Part shown: positions 1 to 13,400 of the stretch, in pieces
How positions within the stretch are numbered: position 1 is the stretch's first letter
How the letters are laid out: every line of letters starts with the position of its first letter
Source of the DNA: Catajapyx aquilonaris
Lineage: Eukaryota
Assembly: GCA_000934665.2 (NCBI GenBank)
Contig: KZ538036.1
Span: forward strand, 62,001-126,000
Direction of reading: 5' to 3'
DNA: 64,000 nucleotides
Program-made: the position numbers and the translations under genes
The notes under the pieces: generated by a model
What the model was told of the DNA's origin: nothing
Databases searched by the model: none
What the model saw: only the letters and a program-made list of their open reading frames with translations

Positions 1-65
1 CGATTTGTGTTTCACATTGCAATATGTCAGCAAAAAGCAAAATTTTATAATGAGTGAATGCCTAC

Positions 66-3000
66 CTGCATGTCTGATGCAAATATTTGGAAAACAGTCG
101 GTCGAGGAGGTTCCCCCTTGACTGACACAATGGTAGTCAGATTCTCGTCCAGTTCAGGTATAACGTCAGTAAGTACAGCAGGTCTTGCAGACAGATTCCC
201 ACTACTTGGGATGTGCTCGATGCCTTTGGTATCTTCCGCTAGGCTACGCTCTCTGGTGAAGACCCTTCGGATAATAGAAGCAATGGACCCAGAGGCAGCC
301 CTGTTCAACTGGCCAGTACTGCTGGCCAAGGTTGACCTACTGGCATTTGACCTAAGGCTTGGTCGGCGGGAGTGGCGGCTGCTGAGGCGGCTCAGTCGGC
401 TTAGGCTGCGCTTTATGGGTGAGTCAGATGGGCTGCCCTGCATTGCACACATTTATTATTATTGTGTGTGTACAGTATTTGGCCAGTATGTCATCAGTAT
501 TATAGTCACATATTCACTGCACTTACTGTATGTCACATTGCGATACACAGGAACAAAGTTATGATTTCCCCAAAGTCCTTTCAACATGAACCCTCACTCA
601 ATCAGTTCAACATTTTTAAAAAAAGCCAAGAAAAGAAATGGTTAGTAAAAGCCACCACCTCTGGTTAGTACAACTTACAAGACAGCTTACAGGGGAGTCA
701 AAGACGTCGTCTTTGTCAGGGGCTAGGAGGGCTTCCTCTTCTGGCACCGCAATCCTCGCAGTGGATGCCTCTGGAGGCTCCTCTCTGTACTGCTCGGCTG
801 CCAGTGTGTAAGGAAGCTCCACTGGAAGAACCTCATCCCAATACTGATCCTTTATCAGCTCAGGATGCTCATGATGCATTTCGTCCACTATTAAGTACGA
901 CACCTGAGAATTTTTTTAAAATGAAAAAAGTGGGTTATATTGCATGAAGGCAATCAGTAGGATTTATCAGAAGGGAAAATCACTTGAATCCCAAATTGTT
1001 TACATAATATGATGCATTTTCAACCAGTAACAAATGCACTGGATTTCTGAAGTGATTTTACCTTTCCTATAACTGCACTATGATCAAGTGTAATGTATGT
1101 TGTCTGATCTTCATCACTTCCAATAATTATTGCACAGATATTACACAATATGGCTTTATTAATAATTGTCCAGAATGCACTGAATTTATCTGTGCTACAA
1201 TTTCACTGCCATTTGGTGACATCTTATTATTCCATAGTTATTAAAGGCTTTCATATCTCAGTGTTACAATTCATAATAGTACATTATTGAGATTGATATT
1301 ATCTAATATACTGCACTGTCATACATGATCCTACATGCTATGTTTTTTTGACAACATTATTACTGCACTTGTGTTGAGTGTTTATTACATTCTACATGAT
1401 AAACCACTAACTATATTAACTAAAATAAACCACACACAGTTACTTCCTGGGACATGTTGGTGTGAATCAGAGGAATCGCTCGACTGCACTTGCACACACT
1501 TTTAGTCAATGGAGAATAAAGCGACAACGTCTGTATATGTACTCACAGTGAGGTTGCGGTCTGTAAGCCAGTTGAGTTCAAAATCATCATCGTCATCTCC
1601 GAAGGGATTCAACAGGGACTCGGCTACTTTTAACCAGCCCATATAAAAAAAGAACTGCAGTAGCAGGGGGGGAAGCGCTTTAATATGGGGGAACACTAAT
1701 CAGGTGGGACTCACCTTCAGGTTTCTATCCACCAACCAGCTGATCTCAAAATCATCATCGTCCTCACCGAAAGGGTTAATCAGCGTCTCAGCTACCTTCA
1801 GCCAACCCATATAGAAAAAGAACTACAAGAGAGGAAACAAAGGTGCTGTAGAGAAAGAGACAGTTGAGAATAACAGACATGCTGTTGTGATGACACCAAG
1901 CCCAAGAGACAGGAATGTCCTTTAAAAATCAGACAACTTTACGTGCAATCTTTTTTGGCACTCAATCTTGCACATATTCATATTAACATTATTAACTGTC
2001 ATACTGCCAGAGTGATATGCTGCAATGAAACCCAGCATATTTCCAAACACAAATTCTCACATTTTCAAGATCGATAGTTGTTCATTCATCGATTACATGG
2101 TAGAGCATAACCTTCTCTAAAAATAAATTATTCTCACTGCAAAAATTCACTCACTCATCAGTGATACACACTGAAAATTTTTGACATGTTAGTTGTTGCA
2201 GCGGACAAAGCATTTCCACAATTAAAGCCCTCCACCTAAGCTATAATGGCAGACGTCTCCGCCAGTTGGCAAAGACAAATTGGTTTAAAAATAGCAACAA
2301 TAGCAGGCAAACTGACAGGCGGTTTTTAAAATAACTAAACATCTTCTGTAGCATTATCTTTAGCTAGGAATCATTAATTACTGAAGTTATTTTAAAAGCA
2401 CCAGATGGATCCAGCTGTTAGATATTGTTCCCTCGCACCGCCAATAATGAACAGATTGCTCAAAATAGCAATCAAAACTGGAGGACTATACGACCAAGAA
2501 ACCTTTATTATTCCACAGCATGCTCCACTACAACCAAGCAAAACGACAGGGGGTAAGAGTTAGACCAAAAGTGCCAAAAAAAAAAACTCATTCTTACCTG
2601 CAACGTAGTGAAGAGAGGAAACACAATGTCCAAATCACCTTTCGGGTTTCCTGGAGAGTTGACAAACTGCCGTCCCATCAAGCAGGCGAAGAAGAAAGAA
2701 TACACCGCAAGTGTCACCACCTGTCAACCCATAAAACAAGGAGTTAATTTTTTTGTACTAAACAAACACAACTTATTCAGACCTGAGTGTAGACCAGAGG
2801 GACACTGATCCAATCGTAGCTCAACAATGATCCACTGTCTCCTCTGAAGAGGTTGAGAGCATCTATGATTGTCTTGACAGCAAAGTCGTCCCTTATCCTT
2901 CCTTCTTTTCTGGCCCTTGTGACAATACTGGTTGACCACACGATGGGCAACCACTGCTTGGAGTAACCAGGAACCGTCTTGTTTAGGTCCTCGATTATTT

Positions 3001-6000
3001 CCTTCTCATTCTCCAGGAGAAGACCTGCCAAAATATGATTGCGGAAAGCAGTTCAAAAAGGATTATTCTTTGAGACAGTACACACCACCCTGTACCTGCT
3101 TCCACTAAATGGTCTAGTGTTGGAAATCGTTTTTTGACTCGTGGACTTATCATGGTGAAGACAATAGTGAGGCAAAGGCAGACGTAGCGCATGATGGTTC
3201 GTCTCATCAGGCGACCACGATCATCCTGTACGAAGCAGAAGACAAAAATATAGTTACAACCCAGATAAATCAAATATGCATAAATTAAACTGGACAGTCA
3301 TATTTTGGTGCAGTGAAAGACCGGTTATGGCCTACAAAGGGATGGATATATGAAAGGTATATGCAGTAATAGAAATCCGATATCCGTACCTAGCGCCGAC
3401 TTCATGTCGCGACTGCAAATTGTCGTCATACACTATACATAGTGTACCTTTAACGAGCATTGTCATGAATATTCATTAGCATCATGCGGATGTCGCCGAG
3501 ACATGCATTTTTTTTGGACAATCTTTTGCAAATAAGTGTCACTAATTTAGCAAACTTGCAGATTGGTAAAGACTATAGTAGTCGGTACCATTGACTCTTT
3601 TCAAAGGTTTTTCATCTGCTTGTAAGTTGAAGCTAATAAAAAATATAGACCTTTCAGAATCGACACTAACTTTCAAGGTGATCTGATTAGTTCCAGCCAG
3701 AAAGAAATTGAACGTCATCCGCACCTGTTACCTGAATGATTTTTTTCTTGCCGATCCTGTCATTCAATATAAGTTTTTTTTCTTCAAGAATAACTTTGTA
3801 CTGTAATAATTCCACAAGATATTAAATCGATACTATTGGCTCATGAAGACAAAATTAAATGAATAAATAAATCCGCTTTGACCTCTTTATGGAGGATGTT
3901 GCATGAACATTTATTATTTTTAGCTACCATACTATTAGTATCATACATCATGAAACTTTTTTTTTGCCAAACGCTCAAATAATAGACATATTAACACACA
4001 AAATGCAAATTTAATGTCCATAAAGGTGATTGAATGCAGAGGGGTACCTAGGTTACCTGGCGCCCTTGGCAAGAAGCTCTATCGGCGCCCCCCCCCCCCC
4101 CCCCCCCNAGGGGGCGCCTCTTCGGAAGGGGGCGCCTCTTCGGAAGGGGGCGCCTCTTCGGAAGGGGGCGCCTCTTCGGAAGGGGGCGCCTCTTCGGAAG
4201 GGGGCGCCTCTTCGGAAGGGGGCGCCTTCGGCGCCCCCCATCGGGTTGCGCCCTTGGCGGGGGCCAATTTCGCCACCCCCTAGGTACGCCCCTGATTGAA
4301 TGTACAGTCTATCACAAAAAGTTTTGCCCACTTTCGTCCAAGTTTTCCGTTCATTTTCGGCCAAAACTTTTTGTGACAGATAGTACTCTACGAGTACAAA
4401 GCAGATAGTGTAGCCTATTAGCTAAGTACTGCAATTAAAAGGATGGCTATTGCACTACCGTCATTACAGCTAAGTATTTTAAAAGACGGTTGGCACAGAG
4501 ACAAAATTCGCGATATTTTAACACCTGCGTTGTCACATCACACTGCATAGTAATAATATTGTGTGTGCATGTTTGTTTGCATGTCTGAATACAAAGTATG
4601 TCTCCACTGAGCTGCTCAACTAATTACCTTCCTCCTAGGATCAAGTTTAAAATGAAGAGTGCGTGTGAAAACATCCATTTCCTCTTCGCTGTCTTATAAA
4701 CCGGACCTGGCACTTGCACTTGTCCGTTACAGTTATTATGTGCAAAAAAGGTCACGAGTGCCATTCACCCCGAAGCATTGCATAATTTCCTGGCTGGGCA
4801 TAACAATACCAAAATTCAAATAACGCACCTTGGAAAATCGTTAGTCACATCAGGTAAATGACCAAGTACCCAGACTTTGAGGTGGTTCTTCAAGGTCTTC
4901 TAAGTAAATCTTCTGAGAAGTCCTTGAGAACACATCAAGTCACGCAAGTATTACAAGACGCGGCATACAGGAAGATGGCCTTTTTTAAAAAAAGGGCGAA
5001 ACTTATGCCTGAGGCTGACAATTTTCTAACGCCTATAGATTTCAACCTCAGATTACGTTTTATTCAGACAAAACCTTGAAACCTTTGTTTTCCTGGCTCA
5101 ATAATATTGCACACATGTCTGGAGCATTTCAGGAAATGCGAAATTTCGTCATCTTAAAAAGTTGGCCAACAGCCCACGAGCCAAAAGAGGTCCGAAAATA
5201 ACAGCAAAGTTCATAGAAACGTTTGCCAACACCAACGCCGACAAGTTTCGCAAACCTGTGCATTACTTTTTAAGCTCTCATACATATCACTCCGAGTGTT
5301 GAAATCGTAAAACACATTTTTAAAAATAAAAAATTGTACAAAATAATCTGTCAATCCAATTACACATTTTAAGCAAAATTGCAAAAAAAACTAAGTTGCC
5401 AATATTTTGACTAAATTGTGCTCTAAAATATTGTGAGAAAAGTGCACATGCTCTAGTGTGTGTAATTACAATAATGATATTATACAGTACAAGGCGATGT
5501 GAATTTTCTCCAAACTCATGGCCATGGCCCTAATTTGCCATAGATAGGCCCACGCTCATGTAATTAGGCGACACTTTCACGGCCACTGCGGTTCTAGGAA
5601 GCAGGTGAAAGTTAAAATACACCTGAGTAAATGCACTTGGGAGACACATTATTATGCAACTTTATATAGCACAACTGCATTGCGTCAAATTTTTCCACCG
5701 TGATTCTAAATGACTTGCACGGAATTTTGATAGGTAAATGGCATGAGATGTTAGAATTTGTAATAATATCAATAGTTTTACTGTACCTGACCGTGTACGC
5801 AGGCACTGACGTAAACGGCTATCGAGTCTGGCCACGGAATAGACGTGTACTGATTCCACCATCTAGTCACTACGATAGACACGTAGAAACCAAGCACAAA
5901 CGACACTGGGATGTAATTACCGTAATTCTCGCAGTAGCCACTTATTTTCTCGAAGACCCTGTAAAAAAAATTAAAAAAAAGTGTGACATTGACATGTGTC

Positions 6001-6814
6001 CTTCTATTTTGTCTCCTTGGCAGACCACCCATGTAAGCAAATCACAGTGTCATTTAAAACCCACGTGATTCGGTAACTTTTCAGCACCTGCCAGTCCAAA
6101 AAAAACTACTTTTTTTACAGTAATTCAAGGCAAAAAAAGGGGGTCAAAGGTCATGAACTCACCTCTTCTGATCCTCATCAAGCGCAAAACGGTACACGAA
6201 ACTGAGTGAAAAAAATATGGTCAGAAAGACCAGAAGGTCAGGCCACACCAACTTATATATGCTGCCACGCCACCTGCAATTAAAACACTTTTAATCGACA
6301 TTAAATTCGACAATGTTTAGATATGATAATAATGCAATATTTCTTCTAGTAGATACGATAATAATGCAATTTCTTCTAGTAGATACGATAATAATGCAAT
6401 TTCTTCTAGTAGATATGATAATAATAATGCAATTTTTCATTGTTTTCTGCTAGATATGATAATGAGGAGCATGAGGCAAAAATTAGCTATTTTTTTGACC
6501 TCGATTTGAGCATGGCCAATTTGTAATAAGTTGCGACATCATGTATTCTCGAGAGAGAAACATGAACCTGAATTTATCAACTGTGATCTCACTATCTTCA
6601 TAAGACCGGAAGTGGTTTCGCAAAAATGACATTGCTTCCCACGTACTGCACACTCTGTACAAGTAATTAAACAAAGAGCCAGCTGACATTTGGCATAATT
6701 TCAGGTATTCAATGTCAGTTGAAACCACGTGTCAATAACTCACCTAAAAAGTAACTTGAGAAAGCAACCAAATCCTTTCGAAGTGGCAACCTCTGCAGTG
6801 TATGTCACCGTCAT
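66..6814 (-). CDS. Best: Bestrophin Ca2+-activated chloride channel. Exons 6814-6744, 6273-6163, 5958-5787, 3225-3096, 3024-2783, 2720-2598, [1822-1715 or 1654-1547], 903-691 (alt donor 679), 437-66. The 3' end either reads to the stop at 45 or splices out of the window.
   Basis: Spliced translation gives [53 protein letters not shown] motif (KRFPTLDHL), [14 protein letters not shown] and [11 protein letters not shown]. All junctions are GT-AG with compatible phases. Confidence 0.95.
1547..1654 (-). other. Bestrophin duplicated exon B ([36 protein letters not shown])
   Basis: cag| acceptor, |gtgagt donor, 108 nt, phase 0/0, paralogous to exon A. Confidence 0.9.
1715..1822 (-). other. Bestrophin duplicated exon A ([36 protein letters not shown])
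   Basis: tag| acceptor, |gtgagt donor, 108 nt, phase 0/0. Not in the ORF track. Confidence 0.9.
4037..4294. mobile_element. hAT-type MITE with an internal 18-bp GC-rich tandem repeat
   Basis: Imperfect TIRs cagaggggtacctagg / cctaggtacgcccctg. 8-bp TSD attgaatg at 4029-4036 and 4295-4302. About 6 copies of ggggcgcctcttcggaag. Confidence 0.8.
6319..6440. repeat. About 30-bp intronic minisatellite, about 4 copies
   Basis: Repeated agatacgataataatgcaatttcttctagt. Confidence 0.75.
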
Positions 6815-7532
6815 TGCACCTCCGTACACACACTGGTAAGACCCCCAGACAAAAAAAAGTCCACACCCTCCGGCCACAAACGTCCTTCGAGAACTAGCAC
6901 GACCAGTCGCCAATACAAACCCCTGCACTCCCAAACGTCCCCCTCAGGCTATCAATACGCACCTAATCAAACAGTCAGGCAAAAACGGTACAAGTCACGC
7001 GACAGGTACGATTCGCACAACATTTTCGGATGGTTCCTAACTCATAACTGGCAAAAAAAAACAAACCTACGCAGGATCCACCCACTTGTGAAGTTTTGCC
7101 AAGGTCTGACGATGCATCTCGTAAGAGGCCTCTCAACTTGTTGTTTTTTAAAGATGGGGAAAAAAAAGAGGACAATGTGGTGCACGATTTTTATACAACC
7201 GGATCGTTTTGCGAATTAATTCGCGGTTCAATTGAAGGGTCTTTTCCTGCTTGTGGCCTTCAATGATAATCAGCGTGCGAATTTAGATAGTAATAAAATT
7301 GGGGAACTGATTGCAAAACCCGTCAATGAATATCATGGGGCACGCTCCAATACGCTATTATGTGAACATTGTGCAAGGAAACTACGTAACTCATTGTGTA
7401 ATAAGAGTGAACCGAATTAAACATATTTCTGATGTTTGTCCGACCTGATAGTATCACTATCGACCTGAAGATGGCAGGAGTGTGCAGAGGAACTATGCGC
7501 CATCTATGCGTGAAGCCCACGTGGTAACCGAA

Positions 7533-7715
7533 GCAGTGGTGGCGGAGGGGATATGGTATCCGACTGCTAATCGGGAGGTCCTGGGTTCGAATCCCGGTGA
7601 CGGCAACTCTAACCGTGGTTTTCTGTCGTTTCCCACGGTTCCTCCAGGAGAATTCGGAGTTGTTTCCTAAACTAATAGGCCACAGCCGCCTCCTTCCTTT
7701 CCTATCCTATCCCAT
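7533..7715 (+). mobile_element. tRNA-derived SINE
   Basis: A-box-like tggcggagggg, gactgctaatc anticodon-arm-like segment and B-box ggttcgaatcc (7584-7594), followed by a non-tRNA body ending in a pyrimidine-rich tail. Confidence 0.7.
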
Positions 7716-10468
7716 AAAGTGCAGTAAAAAACGAAGAGTTCCAGTCAAAAAATATATATATCCCCCCTAAAGATAACGGGGTATGAATTATTATAGTACC
7801 ACGTGGTAAATCAGCATTAAATTGTATCATTGTCACCGTCATTGCCAAATTTTGGCAACGGGTTCACTAGTTAAAACATGGATATTTAAATGTACTGAAA
7901 AGAGGGTCAGTAACACATCAGCAATTATATAAGGGTACGCAACCTCTGGTTTTTGGATCAACATCTTGAGAGAAATTTGATTACAGCACTGGAGGTCTCA
8001 AATTAGGGACGTATAAAGTGATAGTTAGGCATCGATTTTTTCCACAAGGTCACAAGTTCATTCTGAAAATTTTGCATGGTCGCAAATTTATAAAATGAAT
8101 CATTGAAAATCTGGACTTCGGGACACAAAGGTACAATGCATAATTTACGGGAAAGGAGATCGGTTTCTCGTAGTATCTGGGCCGGTCAATATAAGGGGCA
8201 ATGGTACCTTCCATGCACAATAGCCTAATTCAGAAGCTATTGATCACATAATTGGAGGTCAGTCACATTTGGAAATGGTTTTTTTTTGCAGGTACGAAAC
8301 ATACGGGAGGTCAGTGGCATTCACTTTTTTTTCTTGCATGAAACGACAAGGATGTGCTTCTATTATCACATCACAATGAATTTCCTGTACACATTTCACT
8401 TCCTCAGTCACACTACGCTGGAAACGCACAAAAAAATTAACGGGGAGAATTAAAAACAGACTGCGTCAGTTATATATTAATCTTTTTTAATGTTTTGGAT
8501 CTTATTTATTTTACAAGATTCCGAAGTGATCTTGAAAATACTGATAACTTATTTACAGTAAAGCGTAGAGGGGGGGGGGGGGNGGGGGGGGGAAACTTAG
8601 GAAAATTCTCTGTACACATATTCTTCCGATAGGATTGTTTTCTTTTGCCCGGCACACAAAGAAACAAACAAGCATAACGTGGATCCCACGGAAATAAAAA
8701 TCAGGAGAAATTAACAGGCCTCGAGTCACGACGAGACTAAAGGGATTGGATGGGTGACATTTAATCACACACTATGTACAGCGAGAAGAAAATTAAATTT
8801 TTTTTTTCCCATCCTCTCTCATTCACTCTCTCACACATGTCGAAACAGGGCTCCATTTTGCAAGGATGGAAGCACAATGGAGATGACTTGTTTTCGCTCG
8901 GTAGGAAACAGGAAAAGGTTGCTAAAGAGGTGAAAAGTCTGCACTACATGTTACAGTGCACTCCAGAGAGAAAAAAAATTAACCTATATTCTTCACTTTT
9001 CTGCTCGGGGGGGGGAGTGGGGGTTACCTACAACCCTATAAAATAAATTAAGTACTGAAATCCACAAAAACAAAAAAAAAAGGCTTTGGTATGTCTCCGG
9101 TCATCACGTGCGTGCCCAGCCTTTCCCAAACTAACTTCAATACCAGTACAGAGCTCCCTGACAAAAAGTTTTGTACTGTCTACTGCAAGAAATCACACCA
9201 TTCGACTGAACCAATATTCATATCCTATTGGTTTTTATCCCCTTCCATATTTTCATCACTTGTTCTTGATTTGGGACAACAAAATGCATTGGAACAGAGC
9301 GAGAGCAATCAAGAACTGAGGATCAAAAAAAAAAAACATCTTACATACAGGGTGTTCTAACAATGCTCTCTCCTATAGTGTCAATTCTTAATCCAAAAAA
9401 AAATCACCAAATATTTAACTAACCCAAAAATAATTGGAGTAAACTATGACATATCCGCAATAAAGGGGGCAAAGAACACTTCACATTCAACTTCACACTA
9501 AATACTAATTAATTAACACAAATTTTTCTTCTTCTTCAAACACGAATCAAAACACTTGTTAACAACCTATTTTTTTGTCCACTCTTGCCACACAAAACTC
9601 CCAAATAAACTAATTTACATTCGGTCACTTTGCTGCAGGTAAACTGCACCACTAACAGTCCCGAAGAGGGGAAAAAAAACCAACGTATAATAATTAGCAA
9701 GTGTCACAACAGAAAAAAAAAACCCGGTAAAACTCATAATTCCTACATTATGATTTTTGGACTCGGAGATTCCTATACTCACAGTGCCCCTCCTGGCAAT
9801 CAGTAAACTAAACAAAAAAGCTTCACACAGCCCTGAATCACAACACATGACACTCACACCAGTTCCAAAAAAAAAAAAAAAAAAAAACTCACAGGTAGAA
9901 ACCAACCACACGTCTTCTCTCAAATTTTTTGAAATCTTTTTTCTTTTCCAGAAAGGAAGCCCACACACTATACACTTGAGATGCTTTGCCACTCTTCTTG
10001 TAAATTTTTATTGCTCCCTCGCCTAATTTTTACGCATCTAAGTACTTTGACGAGCAGAAAAAAAAATCATTTAACCTCGATCCCAATTCCTATTGCACTA
10101 AAGCGCTGGACAACAGGGGGGAGAAGTGTACACAACATGATTTCTAAGCCACTTGGCGTAATCTACCTATTGCAACCCTTCCAAAAAAAAATAATCCTAA
10201 TTTGCTCAACATCTGCACCAAGAAAGAAAAAAAAAACAAACACAATTTTCCATTCACATCAATTCCAGTATACTTACCCCCGACAGAACTTATCACACCC
10301 TGTATGCATCCTTTGCAATTATTTTTCACACGCACATGTACACTCGCACGCTCTCCCAAATATATATTATATTTTCTTGTTTATATAACAGGCTCTGGCT
10401 TCAATAATAATAATAATAATAATTAATAATCATAATTAGTGAAACAGACTATCATACAGTAGTGTACA

Positions 10469-13400
10469 CTAGTGGGATGTATCACCGCTGGAAGAAGCGA
10501 CTAAAATACCCTCTTTCGCTATGCTGTTCCTGTCTTTAGAGTCGGATTTTGTGTCCATTATTGGGGTGCCTGACCCTTGACCTGCCGCAACAGGGCCTCC
10601 CGTCCCTTCAATGTTCTCCTTGTCATCGTCATTGGTTGAGTCTGGCCTGAGCTTGAGCGCAGAGGCCAAGTCCCCGAGAACCTCCGTTTCTCTCTCATCC
10701 ACCAGCTTGAAGCGCTCGTTGAAGACGACGTAATGAGTGAACACACAGTTGAGGTGTGCATGTAGGTTCAATAGCACTATCTCTTTGAAGTGGGTGTGGT
10801 ACATGTGGGCTATGACGTGGAACAGTAACCGTAGCATCTTCTTCACGATTGACTCAAACGAACTTGGGAACTCGTTGGCTGTTTTCAGGCACGAGGGTTT
10901 CAGAGTCACAAGGTGAGGTGTTCAAGGTTGATGCCCCGGAAATGAGATGTAAACAATTAAATAATGCACTGTCACAGTCACTCCTTCGCTTTCCAGATAC
11001 ATCATCAGCTTAACAATACACATAATTTAAGATGCTTCAAAATTAATAAATGGCACTGTCATCAGAAACATTCTCTGCAACTCACTTTTACAACAGCGGC
11101 AGTGGTCAATTACTTTTGTGTGCCGTAACTGATAGCAATCAAAGTATCTGCTGCCAACTTAGTACCAATCAGTCAACAGTACACAAACACATTTATCAAG
11201 GATGGCAATTACGATATTGATTTATCTCTGTATAATAAAGCCAGCAACTGTCCTGGCCGCAGCACTGACTGCAAAACAATTCCATGGCTTGTCTTAATTT
11301 CAACACAAAGCCTCGTAAGTAGTCAAGTTTGACTGAGGCTGATGAGAAACATGTAGCATATACGTACAAAAATTGTACAGTAATTATAAGCTTTCGATAC
11401 CGCTGGAAAATGTGCCGACACTCTAAATTCAAACCATTATGAATCTATTCCTGAATAAAAATTAAGTATTTGGTTCCTGAATAATTGCAATGAAGTATGT
11501 AACTAAAAATTTCATGTCACACATTGCTCAATTCTGCAGAGCTTGAATTATCTGCTAACAACAGTTGACGCAACAAGAACTGTTCCTCGTTTCTACACGA
11601 AACATAATCAGTACAAGTAAATCATGATAAACCAGGTGAAGGCACAACACATCATGGAGTGGTTATATCAACAGAGTATTGTTTACATAACTCACCATAT
11701 TTGGTGGGAAAAATGGTTTCATCGTTTAACGTCTTCTGGGTGAAAGTCATGACGTAGTCTATATACTGAGGGGCGGCAACTTTTGTCTTCTTCCCCTTCT
11801 CGTCAAACCACAGGTAAGTCCTGCAATAAACGACGCATATGAAGTCACAGTTGAGTCAACATGTATACCAGTTGTTACGATGCAACTGCAGCTCACCTAT
11901 AGTTGGGACCAGTCATGTCTGGACATCCGGACATGGTGCAAAATTCCGAGATGGTTCCATACACTAAGTTGATGTGATCAAAGAAGGCAATGGCTATAAA
12001 AAGGAAAAAGAAACGACGTTAATAGATCCGGATCTTCACAACATCAGCCTTTCGCTACAAAACTCACTGTGTGATGCCAGCCACTCGTTATAATCTAGCC
12101 CGGGAGGCAGGTCAACCAGCAGCCTGAGGTCAGTGTCGGGCAGCTTCCTCTCCAAAACAGCTTCTTCCAGATATAGCTTGGGTTCCTCTTGCGAAGGCAC
12201 TGAAGGCTCTTTTTCTTTCCGACGGGCCTTCCTGCCAATGTGAAGAATCCGGTGAGTTCGTTTCCGAAACAGTTTGTTTACAGGCAAACAGTTAAATTGA
12301 GCCCACAGGTGCATTACTCCCAACTTTAGACAACTCGACCCACTATAACCCCTTCAAGGTAACTGTCACCTGAATCTGTGCCAATGAAATAGTTCCTAAA
12401 GAAAGAAACATGAAAATCAGCATTACAGAAATAGTACGAGTCGATCCATGAGTCAGCACGGGGATGAGTCTGACGGAATGTGATAGGAAACGACTACATC
12501 AGGGAAAGGGTGACTCAGCTCCGCGAATGCCAAATGCAAGGCATGTGGCGAGGAGAATACTATTATGAAAATACAAATAGCACGCAAGTGGCTGCATGTC
12601 AATGGAACAATTTGCTCCATATTTATCAAGGCAATCGCGTAAACACCTGCTTGCCAAAAATATTAAAATGTTGCGCCCTGCGCCTTAAAAATTATTCGCC
12701 ACAAAGGCAAGACAGAGACAAAGGGAAAAAACCGGCTGCAGGCGATTCACCCTATCGCTCATAATCCCCCCTAACCGAAGGTCGTGATAAGAGGATAATG
12801 AATCATATCCACTTCCTCCAAAAATGCGGAAAACAAAGCAACTGCACGTAATGGTCAGACCTTATCCGCGTGATGATAATGTACTCGCTAGCATAAGAGA
12901 GCTATTTGAAATTGTAATTAGCACCTACTACACTCCTTGGCAAAGCTGCTTATGTAAAGCACTTACTGGCACGATGCCCCCTTCTCTTTGGAATAGTTAT
13001 CACCCGCTTGCAGGGCTGTGCAGCTGCACCAGACACATCCAAACGAGACACAATAAAAAGAGGAATTCCACTCATATTAACCCTATTACCTTGTTTCACA
13101 AATGGTAACACGATACAAAATATTGAATGTGCCATTACGCCAAGCCGTAAAAAAAATTAGTTTGCGTTCGATAATACAAGCGGTCGTACACCTCCGACCT
13201 TGACAAATATTGTTCAGACGTGGAAACTGTTTTAGCACATACATTTTGGTTTGCGGAGACAAAAAAATTGGCAGTGTCTACATTTGCGCCTTGATTAGGT
13301 TATCTTTATGGAAACCTTTATGTATAAAAATGTTTATTCTGTCTGTTCCAACACGGATTTCACATTTTCTTTTTTTTTGTAAAAACATGCAGCTACACGT

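Noticed and set aside
4014..4364. ORFs with GGASSE/GAPLRK repeats
   Set aside because: Translations of the 18-bp repeat inside a MITE.
7533..7605. Functional tRNA-Ser(GCT)
   Set aside because: No long variable arm, poor stems, and it continues into a SINE-like body.
12325..12395. Possible extra MOB2 cassette exon (NYFIGTDSGDSYLEG)
   Set aside because: Good acceptor, but I found no phase-compatible donor before the in-frame TAA.
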